The notes: generated by a model from the letters alone, not told the origin. Shown: positions 32,955-45,740, numbered from the stretch's first letter. The stretch is DNA of 64,000 nt from Calditrichia bacterium (GCA_963777955.1 CAVZSQ010000018.1:117174-181173), one strand, 5' to 3'. Program-made: numbers and translations.

Positions 32955-35900
32955 TTATTTAATAATCGCGAATTTACCGATCTTTTCACCAATGCCATCG
33001 GCCTTAATATGATAGATATAGATCCCGTAGGATATTTCCAGATTATCCCTGGACAGCATATCCCATATTTCAGTGCCGTCATTGAGCGCAGCCTGGTGTT
33101 CCAGGGTATTGACTAGCTGGCCGCGCACATTGAAGATGCGGATGGTGCACTTGGATGGTAAATGGGTAAAATGGAGTTGGCGCTCGCCCCGCCCGTTGGC
33201 ATAAGGATTTTCAGGTTCCCAGGAATTGGTGACGATATAGGGATTGGGAACTACCCGTATTCTGTCCAGATCCACCTTGGCCTGCTCCTGGCTTATTGAC
33301 GCCTGCTGGGTGGTGAATGTATAAGTATCGTGGGACAGAAACGGTTTAGTCAGTACCAGGGTCAGCACATTACCCGGCACGGCCGGAAAACTGTCGGCCT
33401 GGGTAGTCGATGTAATGGTGTAGTAAAGTTGCCAGGTGCAAAATCTGGGCGTGGCTATCGTTCAGGAAATAGATTTCATCGGATTGCCGTCTGGTTAAGT
33501 TAAAGGTGAATTTACCCGAATCGGCCGTGGTGGGTACATGCCGTTCCCTGAAAGCGAAAGGAACCTTCTGGCCGGTAATCGTATTGATCACGGTAAAGTT
33601 GACATCCATGGCCTTCAGACTGTCGGCAGCAGATGAACCTCTGCGATAGGGTACCGAACGGTCAATACCCACTTCGCCCATGATGACCTCGTAATCGGCA
33701 GACTCAGCGTGATACTGGGAAGTGGTTGGATAACGGAAAGGCCTGAAAGTAAAAGTGGGAATGCCCGTGGCATTCCAGCCGGAAAGATCAGTATTGTAAT
33801 CCAGCAGGTCGGCATTACCGGAAAATGCTAATTTAAATCCGTCGATGACGGGCAATCCTTCCGTCGCGTCTCCGGCCAGTGAAGTGTTGGCTAACAGGGT
33901 GTCGTCGGTGGTGGAGTCGACCAGGGTGAAACTGGTGCTGGAGCGGTAACCGGAGGCATTGGTCGCTTCCTGAAAAGTAAGCTGATAGGTATGATTGTTT
34001 TTGATCGAATCGCGGTCGACAATGTCGTAACTGATCGAACCGTCGGCGGTGTTATTGGCTCCGCTGGCAATGCGGGCATCTTTGAAATCGGCCGGCCGGT
34101 AACCAGCCGAAGGTGCTTCCGGTCTGACGATGACTACATTGCTTCCCTTTTCTATTTCACCGGAGGACTGTACGGCCACGAATTTGGTGCATTCGGATGG
34201 ATCGATGCCCAGGGCCGGATCACCGTGATCGTAGGAAGTGATGGCATAAAAATATCTGAAGCCGTTGACGGCGGTGGTGTCCACCCAGTAATGCTGCAGT
34301 CCGGTGTTATTACCCAGGTAGAATTGTACGCCCATGGTGGGGACGGCGGCAAAACCGGAATATTCGTTGTCCAGATCGAACTGAACCAGCGGTTTGCGGA
34401 ACAGCGGGGTAGTAGCGCTGGTACCGTATCCGTCGGTAATCGGATTCATGTCATTGAAACCGGGATCGGTGGAACGGTAGATGCGGTATCCTTCGAAATC
34501 GTAACCGCTGATCGGATCCTCTGATTCTTCGGCGAAACTATCCCAGAACAGGGTAACGCGGTTGTCGCCGGCCAGGGCCCGCAGGGTCGGGATATAGGGC
34601 GCCTTGGAGAAATTGTAATTCTGATTATAGGCCTGGGCGACATATTGCTTATTGAGTACCAGATTATCGTAATCAGTTCCGCAAATTATACCCATGGAAA
34701 TTCTTTCAATTTGCCCGGGAACCAGCGGGAAATATCCGGAACCGAACAACAATTCAACATTCAAAGCTTGCTGCGGGATTGAGAATATACCCGGTATCAT
34801 CAATTGCCAGTAGCCGGGATCATCATACTGGGTGACGGATGACCATTCGTACAGATTAACACTGGTCAGTCCCAGCATATCGGTCTCGTCGATGTCGGTT
34901 TTATCGAAATGCGGTTCACCGGAGGTGAGTCGTCCATCGCCTTCACCGACATCCGGACCGGGGTAACCTCTGACGCCGGGTGCCAGACCATCGGCGCCGG
35001 TATCATCGCTGAGGGGATCCCAGTCGCCGTCATTATCGATGCCATCATTGCGGCGTTCTTCCATCATCAGGTTGGTCATACCATTGGCAGAAGAATCACT
35101 ATTGAAAGTAGTCGATACATTTATACCCCTGGTCGTCAACTATATAAAGATAGCGGAAGATACCCTGGGCATCAGTTGCCCCTCTGTTTTCATCGATCAG
35201 TCCATTCAGATTATCATCGACTAAATTATCGCCAATTTCCTCTAAATTTATTCCGGCATAAAATTTAAAAATACGGTCGCTGTAAGTAACCAGCAGTGTA
35301 TCGGTACCCAGTTGAGTCAGAGTATCGGCCAGAGTGGTCAGAGTGCGTTGATACGTTTTATAATTGATCAGCACAATGGGTCATTGGGATTAAGAGTAGT
35401 GATCTGCCATAACTCCTTCGCTGATGTTTATGCCGGCTCCGGCTTGCCCGTCATTATCGTTATCGATGCCGTCGTAGGGATTGCCCGGGCTTTCCAGGAA
35501 GGCTCCGCCGAAATATCCGACCGGGCTATAGTTGCCGGCACCGACATCGTCGTTGTCGGTCATATAGGCGATATTTAACTCACGCACGAATGCTGCATTG
35601 TCATCCCCTACGTCTCCACCCTGAGTGGTTTCACCCATGTTATTGCCGATCTTATAGGCAAAGATCATTTTATCATGCTTAAAAGTACCGATGTTTTCTA
35701 TATCATACAGGCAGAATAAGGCATCTTCCACTGCTGCTTTGGCCCATTGGAATCCTCTGACATAGATTCTTAAACCTAATCCCTTCCGGTTCAGATCGGT
35801 CGAATCAGGGTAAAAATCGAATTCACGGTTCATGTAATCATCGGCCACGAAGTAACTCTCTTCGTCGGCGTTGAATACGTTCTTGCCGAAGTATCCGTTC

Positions 35901-36449
35901 CAGGCCGCCTTGTTCGGATTACCGTCGATATCATCGTTGCGCCAGCCCGGATCGTCGACTTCGTTGTATTTGTCGGGCCAGAAAGACGGCCATGAATTGG
36001 GCCATTCGGATGAACCTTTTGACATCGCTATTCTGTCGCCGTCAGGATCGGCAAAACCGGGCAGCGGCAGGAAGGTCCACCAGGCACCGGTGACCGGATC
36101 CTGATCGCCTCTGGAACCTCCTACGTTCACACATTTATTTTCACTGAGAATCTGCCGCAGCACTCCCTGCCTGTCTCTCAATTCCGAGCCGACGAAGATA
36201 TTACCATCGACCAGGTAGTAATGTCCTGAATTTATCGGCCATTCACCGGCGATCTCCGGGGGATGTATTTACACGGCCTCCGTATGTGCCGTCATTGAAA
36301 AAAGTGGTCCGAAACTGGTTTCCGGAGTGTGTACCCATCCGGGATTCATCATCCGTACCGTGCAGCAGGTCCATCTGGGCCAGCAGTGCAGATGGTATTA
36401 AAACCATCACGGCCAGTAGTATTAGAATGGAATATATACTTCTTTTCAT
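32955..36449 (-). CDS. Large (~1,160 aa) exported protein with Ca-binding repeats, Fn3-like domain and variant T9SS-like CTD (several frameshifts)
   Basis: ORF pieces 36449, 36181, 35374, 35139 and 33380 join end to end; GEWPINSGHYYL, DGIDND repeats, AGDNRVTLFWD..FEGYRIYRS, IRVVPNPY..FTHLPSKCTIRIF..GIYIYHI..KFAIIK. Confidence 0.75.
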
Positions 36450-36471
36450 ACTAGTTTCTCCTTAAGCGTAA

Positions 36472-39400
36472 TTAAAATCCAAAAATAATTCCCAGTTGAA
36501 TCTGACGAGGCGCTGTATACCAGGATGGTTGTAAAACAAAATCTTCGACCGTGCTTATCCGTTCGGCATTATAAGGAATTTTGGATGGATTGATTGTGGT
36601 AGTATATTCGGGGCTGCCCGTATCGCCATAGACTACTGCGGCATCTCGCACATCCAGTACATTGTATACATTTATAAAGAATTCGAGAGTGAAACGCGGA
36701 CTCAACTGGAATAATCTGTTTACCAGTTACATCCAGATTTCTTTGTTGTGGACGGCGGGCGCTGTTGTTGGTCAGACCGCTGACCGCCGAGGCTCCTCCG
36801 CGTTCGGCCACGGCAAAACTCGGTGTATAAGGACGCCCGCTCCAGTATCTGCCGATGAGGGAGACGGTCCATTGTGAAATGTCCAGGATCAGCTGGGCAT
36901 TAAAGGTATGACGTTGATCCCAGTTCATGGGGAGTAATGCTAAAACCGGTGCCTGATTGGCCAAAGCCGCATTGTAGGCATCGACAGGACTGGAATAGGT
37001 GCCTTCGGCAGTCTGGAACGTATAATCGGTGCGGAAAGAGTAATGATTGGAAAGGCGTTTTTCAACTTTTAAAGTTATACCCCGTACGTTTTCATAGTCT
37101 TTATTTTCATACCATGAATATTTCACACCTGTTTTGGCGGTTTGAACCAATGGACTTGTTCCGACCCAATCGCGAACATCCCGGTAGAACAGGGTGACAT
37201 CCACTCCAATATCATTGGTAAGCTGCTGCTGCAAACCCAGTTCATACATGACGGTTTTTTGAGGATCCAGATCCGGATTGCCAAATACCGTATTGCCCGA
37301 ACCGCTGGTGATTTTAAAATCCGGGTTGGTATACAGATACTGAAATTCCGGAATTTGCAGGAAATGTCCGTATGAAAAATGGATAACTCCGCGATCGGTG
37401 ATCGGAAATGCTATACCAAGACGGGGACTGAGGGCCATCTTGGCATCGACTGATTTCTGCATGAAGGCACGGCGTTCTTCCGGGGTGTATTCCCTGAACT
37501 GGCCGGATTCCACCATTTCCCGGATATATTGATCGGTGGTGCCTTCGTAATTATCCGGCATATCGACCCAGCCGTAATATTTATTCTTGTTTTTGAAGGG
37601 AGAATAAATATTGGGATCAGTCGGATCAGTCGGTACCTTGGCATTCGCATTAAAATAGTCGTAACGCAGACCTATGTTCAGAATAATGTTTTCGAATTCA
37701 ACTTTATCCTGCACATAGGTAGAAAACTCGAGCGGTTTTCTATTATAGTCGTTCCGAAATACACTACCCACTTCCGGAACCGTGGGTAAAAATGGTTCAA
37801 GTTCAGTACCGGTAGCATCTGTCTGGGGAATAATCTGATAACTGTGCAGATTTAGTTCGGAAAATCGTGTTTCTGCCCCGAATTTCAACTGTTGCGTTTT
37901 GGTCCATTGCGAGGTAAAATCAAGTTTACCCACCCAGTAGCCCGTGCTACGCTTCATATGGGTGACATCCATTCCTCTGTTCATAAAACTGTAGGAAGTC
38001 GGTGTATTGATCGAGCTAGGATCGATATAACCGTTCGGACCGTTTGGATCAGAGATATATTCAAAGACGCCACCAAGTTGTATGATGTTTTGCAGTTTAA
38101 CCTGCCCTTCGGCAGTGGCAGGATCAAATATTTCGGCGACAATACCCTTGGCCGTATCCTCTGTGACGCTGACCAGATATTTTACTGCTGTGGTCGGATC
38201 TTTATAGACATACTGCTGGAATTCCGAATAGTAATTACTGATCCGTAACTCGAAAAATGTAGATTGTGAAAGGATCTGGTTGAGGGCCAGAATAGAGGTA
38301 AATCCCTGGCTGTGCGATTGGGGCAGGCCATTGGGAACATATTTATAATCATGAACATTGAACCCATTAAAACCCTGGAAATCCGTTCCACCGGCTCTGA
38401 AATAATTACGGTCCCTCTTGCCCTTGTTCCAGAAGAAGTTATAGTTTATTTTAGTGTTCTTGGTGAGATCGAAATTTATTTTGGCTTGCACTGACATGGT
38501 TTGGTTGGGATTCATCGCCACTAAAGAATTATCCCCCGGTGAACCGTTGGGTTTATACCATTGCCGCCCGTAATAATAGCCGTCATCATAGAAATAGCGT
38601 GCGTTGACAAAGAAACTGAACTGATCTTCCAATAAAGGTACAGGTCCACTGAGATTGACCTCCCCGTTATAAAGAGAAGTCGGATCGAAGTTCTTCAACG
38701 GGTAATCGCGTTTACCGGACACAACTCTGGCCAGACCGGAAACGGGATCCCTGGCAGTTTCCAGTTCCTTGTACAGGCTGAATTTATCATCGCTGCTCCA
38801 GTAGTCGCCGGCATATAGTTTGATCTGGCCGGAATATTTTTTGCCCCCTTCTTTCGTTACAATATTAACTATACCAGACATGGCCTGGCCGTACTCGGCA
38901 TTGAATGTACCGCTGATTACCTGCAGTTCCTGGACGGAGTTGTTTTCCACGACTACACCAATCCGGCCATCATACATATCGGTGGCTGATATACCGTCCA
39001 CCCAGTAGGCTATTTCACCGGGTCTGCCGCCGCGGATGTGCAGGCGGCCGTCCGATTCGATAATGCCGGCATTCAACCGCAGAACTTCCGAAATCTGCGT
39101 CACCGGCAGATCCCTGATCTGCTCGGCACCGGTGGTGGCCATAGAAGCAGTCATGTCCCGGATGACCAGATCGCGGTCTTCCGTAATAATGATCGTCTCC
39201 ATTTCTTCGATTCTGGTTTGCATGGCTGCATTTATTTTCGTGGTCAGATCCGAATTAACCCGCACGTTTTCGAATTCCATCTGCTGGAAACCGATTATCG
39301 AAACCACGACAGTATATGTACCCGGGGGGATGTTGATAATAGCATAGTTGCCGTCCAGATCTGTGGCGGCCCCCATGGTGGTACCTTTGAGGAAAACATT

Positions 39401-39538
39401 AGCCGATATCAACGGGGATCCCGTGGCAGTTTCAGTAATGACACCGGCAATCTTACCGGTAGTGCCTCCATACAGTATACTTTGACTCAGCATACCTAAA
39501 AGCAGAGCAATTAGTAAGAATGTGATCTTCACTTTCAT
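36472..39538 (-). CDS. TonB-dependent receptor with N-terminal carboxypeptidase-regulatory-like domain (frameshift near 36720)
   Basis: GTTGKIAG..GAATDLDGNY, plug HIRGGR..YWVDG, VISGTFNAEYG, GLRYDYF, GNPDLDPQKT..YELG, C-terminal PRQIQLGIIFGF. Confidence 0.92.
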
Positions 39539-39620
39539 ATCAATTACCTCTTAGTTAATGATTTAGTCAATTATTTGTGCCAAATAAATGATTGATTGAT
39601 TTTAGCTTAGGCCACACCTG

Positions 39621-41100
39621 TTAAAACACTTTTTCCTGTTTTATATAGTCCAGATTTTCCGAGGCGATAAAGGTCGGAAAATTGGGCATCACCACCGGGT
39701 AGGGAAGCCCCGGTTGAATGGCCACGAGATCAATTGTGGTCAGTGATATTTTATCAAGCGCGCTGTTGTTGATAGAGACAGATTCACCGTATTTTTTCTG
39801 AATATTGCCTACATATGATTCCCAGTAGTTTCGCTTACCGGTTGGATCATTTTCGTTGATCAAACCCTGTTTAATGGCAGCATCGATAATATTTTTCTCC
39901 TGCTGGATGGCCAGATATGCATCCTGCCACATTCCGGCAGTCCGGGTGATCTCAGGCGCATCGTCGAGAGATCGCCGGTAGGCTTCACGGGTTAAATAAT
40001 GATCGCGCATCAGATCCACAATGGCCAGTTGAAACTGGCGGTTAAAATTATTCTGGTTCAAATATTTGGTCCGGAAGACCAGGGGATGAGATAAAAGTTC
40101 CTGTTTAAAGTCAGCCACGGACCAGACCGTGTTATCAGCAGTGAAAAAAGGAGCCTGCGGATCAATTTCTGCTACTGCCGCTGGAAGATCGGTCAGTTGA
40201 TAATTAAGGGAATCCTTGACAGTCTCGTTGAGATATTTTTGCATGGCTAGCTTTGCTAATACCTTGAAAGCCTGTTCATTAAACTCAATTTTTTTCCCCT
40301 GCATCAGGTCGACCTGGTAGGAACGCCACAATTGGTTCGCTTTGGTTTCGTGTATTTTTTCTTTTACTTTGTTCCAGCGGATACGCTGATCCTCACCGCT
40401 GATCAGCGGATAATCAACCCAGTTCAAGACTTTCATAATTATATATTCACCATTACCAAGTTTGAGCGGACCGATAACAGCACCCGGCTTTAGTGGGTCC
40501 CTATATAAGGCCTGGTGAATCGCTTCGTCGTCCTGGTTGTTATAGGCGACTTTGTGCAGCGGTTTCTTGCCGGCGATTTCTGCTAAATCCGCAAAAATTT
40601 TATCGGTCATGCCGGGCAGGGAATCAACCAGAGTTTCGATCTTTTGAACTATTGCTTTATCACGCACGGTATAAAATTCGAGTTCATATTCTCTCTGGGA
40701 CAGTTTATATACCTTTGAAATTTCATTGGAATCCAATTTGACTTTGTTGTAAGCCAGCTTCCTGGTACAAGGCGCTGCGCATGGATTGTTCTTTAATCCC
40801 TCTGATGGCGCCCAGTAATACGGGATTCCGGATCAGTTCTTTATCCTGTTGCGCTTCCAGGGCCAGCATTTTTTCTGATAGCAGGTTGTTAAGTGTGGTC
40901 TTTTTACTTTTAAAATTATTGGGGCGAATGGTCAACTCGCTGCGGCGTAAAAACTCCTTCACGGTGATATTCTTATCACCGATGCGGGCCAGAATATCGT
41001 CGTCAGGTTGCTTTTTATTGAGAATAATCGCCAGGACCAGTATGGCGGAGCAGGGTATAAATATCATTAAAAACTTATGATTTTTAATGAAATTCACCAT
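39621..41100 (-). CDS. SurA/PpiC-like periplasmic chaperone (frameshift near 40745; start 41100 or 41121)
   Basis: N-terminal anchor, ILARIGDKNITVKEFLRR, LNNLLSEKMLALEA, LKPGAVIGPLK..YIIMKV; duplicated SurA-N-like half. Confidence 0.65.
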
Positions 41101-41271
41101 ATTCAGTTTTAACCACTCCAAGCGATTGCTGAAAGATTAGTTCAATATATAAATATACCCATTTTGATCAAATTGATCAAAGAAAAAAAATGTGTTCCGG
41201 GACTGTCCATTTTAACGTAAGCCGCCCGGACACTTTTATTCAGCCCCCTGACCAGTATTGGTTATACCGGT

Positions 41272-42595
41272 CTAATACAGGATATATGAATTGATAATAT
41301 TTTCGAGCATTTCCTGCCGTCCGCTGGGCAGTACAGGCTGGTCCTGTTTGAGAATCCATTTTTCCAGATCGGCCAGTCCGACTTTTCCGGACATGATTTC
41401 AGCCCCGATCCCTGTTTTAAAACTGCTGTATCTTTCAGCAACGAAACTGCTCAGTACTTTATCTTCGATTATTTTATGGGCAACCAGCAGCCCGCGGGCG
41501 AAAGTGTCCATGCCGCCGATGTGGGCGTGGAAAAGATCGGTGTGATCGGTGGAACAACGCCTGACCTTGGCATCAAAATTAAGTCCACCCTGACCCAGAC
41601 CGTTCTGGTTCAGGATAATGATCATCGCCAGGGTGGTATCATATATATCGGTGGGAAACTGATCGGTGTCCCAGCCCAGCAACAAATCACCGCGATTGGC
41701 GTCGACGCTGCCCAGCTTGCCTGCCGCTGAGGCTACTGTCAACTCATGTGCGAATGTTTGGCCGGCCAGAGTAGCATGGTTTGCTTCAATATTCAGTTTA
41801 AAGTGATCCAGTAAATTATGCTCCCGTAAGAAATTCAGGGCTGTAGCGGCGTTGGTGTCATACTGATGCTTCATCGGTTCATTCGGTTTAGGCTCGATCA
41901 GGAAGGTACCTTTAAAACCAATTTTCTGTTTATAATCAACCGCAATTTGCAGAAAACGGGCAAACTGGTCCAGTTCTCTCTTCATATCGGTATTCAATAA
42001 AGTCTCGTACCCCTCGCGGCCACCCCAGAAGACATAATTTTCTCCGCCCAGTTCATAGGTGGCATCAATGGCGTTTTTTACCTGTGCGGCAGCAAGGGCC
42101 ATAATATGGGCATTGGGACTGGTCCCGGCACCCTGGGCATAGATAGGATTATTGAATAAATTGGCAGTACCCCATAATAGTTTTACTCCGGTTTCTTTCT
42201 GCTTCGTCCGGGCGTATTCAACCATGGTTTCCAGAAATTTACACGATTGTGCAAAGTCAGTCTCCTTCCGGCGCGATGTCGCGGTCATGAAAACAGTAAT
42301 AATCGATGCCTAACTTTTGAAAAAATTCAAAGGCGGCATCCATTGTATCTTTGGCGCGATCGATAGGAGTCTTGGCCTTATGCCATTCTCTTTTAAAACT
42401 ACCCCCGCCGAATATATCAGAACCGGAACCCATAAAACTATGCCAGTAGGCCACGGCAAAACGAAGATGTTCGGCCATCGTTTTAGCACCCACCCTTTGT
42501 TGCTTATTATAGTATTTAAAGGACAAAGGATTTTTCGATTCTTTGCCTTCATAAGCGATCGGCTTCTCAACTTTAGGAAAATATTTACTTGCCAT
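41272..42595 (-). CDS. xylA: Xylose isomerase, class II (frameshift near 42260)
   Basis: [58 protein letters not shown]. Confidence 0.97.
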
Positions 42596-42715
42596 AAGAT
42601 CTCTTTTTCTTTCTAATTTTATGGTTAAGTTCGATCGAATATTTTGTCTGACCTATAATTAGTCTGTGCTTGGAATAAAAGGAATTTATCCTATAAAATT
42701 ATTAGTTCAATTACA

Positions 42716-42758
42716 ATTGAACCGTTTTAATATTATAAATATTTATGCACTATGTCAA
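42716..42758 (-). promoter_or_regulatory. xylA promoter with overlapping LacI-type operator
   Basis: Minus strand TTGACA-N17-TAATAT overlapping ATTAAAACGGTTCAAT; 15/16 identical to the 27752 site. Confidence 0.75.
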
Positions 42759-42802
42759 TATTAAACTTAATGTTTTAGTAAGAGAAAGGGTAAAATTTAC
42801 GG

Positions 42803-43837
42803 TTAACTGTGGGTTAAAACCCTGGATGACTGCCTGATAATAAATTCTGTTTCCAATACGACTTTTTTGTTCGGCATCAGGTGCGGAGATTCGATATTGG
42901 AGATTAATATCTCAGCCGCTCTTCTGCCAATTTCATGTTGGGGGGCTCTAATGGTTGTCAGGGGAACCGGATATATTTTGGCATAATAGATATCATCATT
43001 GCCGATTATGGATATATCATCGGGCACAGTCAGATTGAATTCCCGCAGTGCGGTCATAACGGCCAGGGCCTGTTGGTCATTGAAACAGACAATGGCACTC
43101 GGGTAATCGGCACGACTCTTATTCTTGAAATATTCAATTGTGTGCGCATAACTCTCTTCATAATGGGATCCGATCGAGATGATCATATTTCTGCTGAACA
43201 CCAGGGGACTCTCACTGAAAGCATGACGGAAACCTTCAATACGCTCCTGAGTATGTGATGAATTCGGTGGACCGGCAAAATGTACGATTTTGGTGTGGCC
43301 GCTCTCTATTAAATAGGTGACGGCGGTCTTGATTGCCTTTAAATTGTCAATGGCCACTACATTGGCCTGAATACCTTTTACATCTTCCAGCAGGACGAAA
43401 GGATAATTGATCATCTTCAACTTGAACAGATGTTCAATTTCCGCCATACCTTCGACTATCGGTGCGATGATGGTCCCTTTGATATCCTTGCTGGAGAACA
43501 GGTGGGATAATTTCTTCTCACATTCATGATCATTTTCAGAACTGGCCACGATGACTGAATATCCTTTGTCGTTAGCATATTCTTTTACACCGGTGGCGAT
43601 GTATGTATAAAAGGGATAATTCAGATCCTTGATGATGACGCCGATACTTTTATCCTGGTTGTCGTTTTTTAAATTCCTGGCTATGCCCCTGGGACGAAAA
43701 TTAAGTTCTTTCATCACTTTCAGGATCTGATCTCTCGTTTCGGGTTTGACTGTATTCTTCGCGTTTATCACAGCAGAAACAGTTCCCTTGGAAACATCGG
43801 CACGTTTGGCTACATCTTCAATCGTGATTCTTTTCAT
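42803..43837 (-). CDS. LacI family transcriptional regulator
   Basis: ITIEDVAKRADVSKGTVSAVIN HTH; CFNDQQA, VPDDISIIG, PLTTI. Confidence 0.95.
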   Translation of the reverse strand: MKRITIEDVAKRADVSKGTVSAVINAKNTVKPETRDQILKVMKELNFRPRGIARNLKNDNQDKSIGVIIKDLNYPFYTYIATGVKEYANDKGYSVIVASSENDHECEKKLSHLFSSKDIKGTIIAPIVEGMAEIEHLFKLKMINYPFVLLEDVKGIQANVVAIDNLKAIKTAVTYLIESGHTKIVHFAGPPNSSHTQERIEGFRHAFSESPLVFSRNMIISIGSHYEESYAHTIEYFKNKSRADYPSAIVCFNDQQALAVMTALREFNLTVPDDISIIGNDDIYYAKIYPVPLTTIRAPQHEIGRRAAEILISNIESPHLMPNKKVVLETEFIIRQSSRVLTHS

Positions 43838-44432
43838 TACCTACTCCGGCTCAATTTATAAAAATACTGCAATCTCGAAACGTTCGTTCCCTGTTACCCT
43901 GCGCTGAATTGCCGGTACTTGCTGTACGCTCGTCTGTTTGCCCGTTAACACAGAATAATTCAGTTGCCTTGCCAGTTACCCAATGACAAAGATAAAATCA
44001 GGAAGACTGCAATATCGGTCAGCTTAAATTCTTTTGAGTATCTGCTTTAAGAGACTCTGCTTAACCCTCCCGGTACCCGAACGTCTCGTTTATTATACCG
44101 CTATTTTACAGACGGTAATATAATAAATGTACCACCTCTAAAAATCAAGACGTAATATAATAAAAAAAGAGCAGAGTCTTAAAACTATTTCATATTTAAA
44201 TTTAAAAAAAAGAAGACGAATTCCCGATCCGTCCTGATCGGGAAAAAAATATTGTCTAAAAAGTAAAATTAAGATTAAATTAGAAAAATATTAAATTATC
44301 AATTCCGGAACCGCGAGATATTGAGCAGCCAATCCTCGGAATCTAATATTTTTTTTAAGCGTACTGGCAGAAGAAGATGTGATCAAATGAATCCTTTTAA
44401 ATATTACCCTAAAATTTCTGAGAGGTAAGGCT

Positions 44433-45740
44433 ATGAAAAAAGAGTTATCTTAATATTTGTTACGCTGCTGATCAGTTCACTGCTGCTGATCCAGACTTCC
44501 TGCAAAAACCGCCAGGCAATTGATTTAAAAAAAGACCAGTCGAAGGCCTACTTTACGGGAAGTTACATGAATCTTTTCAGGGAATTATTAGACTTAAGTG
44601 ACGTTCAGGTTCAGAACCGCCTGGACAGCACCTACACACAATTGTTTTATGGAAATGATGAAACTCAGCGGGTGTACTACCCGGTTGAACCTGATATGGC
44701 TTATGTAATGGACATCGCCAGTAATGATGTGCGCAGTGAAGGTCTGTCCTATGGGATGATGATCACCGTTCAGTTGAATAAAAAACAGGAGTTTGACCGG
44801 ATCTGGAAGTGGGCTAAAACCTATATGCAGCACCAGCAGGGAACCCGTAAAAATTATTTTGCCTGGCATTGCAGAACTGACGGTGCGGTTCTGGATTCAA
44901 ACTCGGCTCCTGATGGCGAGGAGTGGTTTGTCATGGCACTTTTCTTCGCTGCTGCCCGCTGGGGAGCAGGGCAGGGAATCTATAACTATCAGGCAGAGGC
45001 ACAAGCCATCCTGGATGCCATGTTGAGTAAAACTGAACAGTCGGATCGCGATGATGTGATCACCAATATGTTTAATAAAAAGGAACGGCAGGTTGTTTTT
45101 GTCCCGGCCGGAAACATAGATGATTTTTCCGATCCCTCCTATCATCTGCCCCATTTTTACGAACTGTGGGCTTTGTGGGCCGATAAACAAAACCAATTCT
45201 GGTGTGAAGCGGCCACAGCCAGCCGCCGTTTTCTCAAAAAAGCGGTTAATCCCGTGACAGGCCTGGCTCCTGACTATGCTAATTTCGACGGTACAGTCGA
45301 CGGATCCGCCATGGGGCGGCGGCGGACATCGTGATTTTCGCTTTGACGCCTGGCGGGTAGCCGCCAATATCGCTATTGACTATTCCTGGTTCGGTGCGGA
45401 TGATTGGGCGGTAACGCAGTCCAACCGTTTACTGAATTTTTTTCAGACCCAGGGAGTCAGCCAATATGGTAATCAATATACACTTGATGGAAAAAAATTG
45501 GACACTCCCCACAGTCCTGGTCTGGTGGCAATGAACGCCGTGGCCTGCCTGGCTGCAACTGATGAAGTTCGTAAGGATTTTATACAGGATTTCTGGAATA
45601 CTCCTGTTCCCAGCGGACTTTACCGTTACTATGATGGACTGCTGTACATGCTGGGACTTCTGCAGGTCAGCGGCAACTTCAGAATATATAGTCTTTCGGA
45701 AAATACTGCCACACTCTGCGCGGATAGTCTGAAGCAGTAA
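44433..45740 (+). CDS. GH8 xylanase / reducing-end exo-oligoxylanase, lipoprotein (frameshifts near 44440 and 45300)
   Basis: Lipobox QTSC after ATG 44433; DVRSEGLSYGMM, APDGEEW, DPSYHLPHFY, FDAWRVA, RYYDGLLY. Confidence 0.88.

Noticed and set aside
43875-43886. Third LacI operator (CGAAACGTTCG) upstream of the regulator
   Set aside because: Only the core matches; flanks differ from the two strong sites, so it is not called
43960-44185. SRYSKEFK on the minus strand (IS3 orfA-like) and an imperfect inverted repeat AGACTCTGCT/AGCAGAGTCT
   Set aside because: Match is too short, no continuing transposase similarity, and it could be chance
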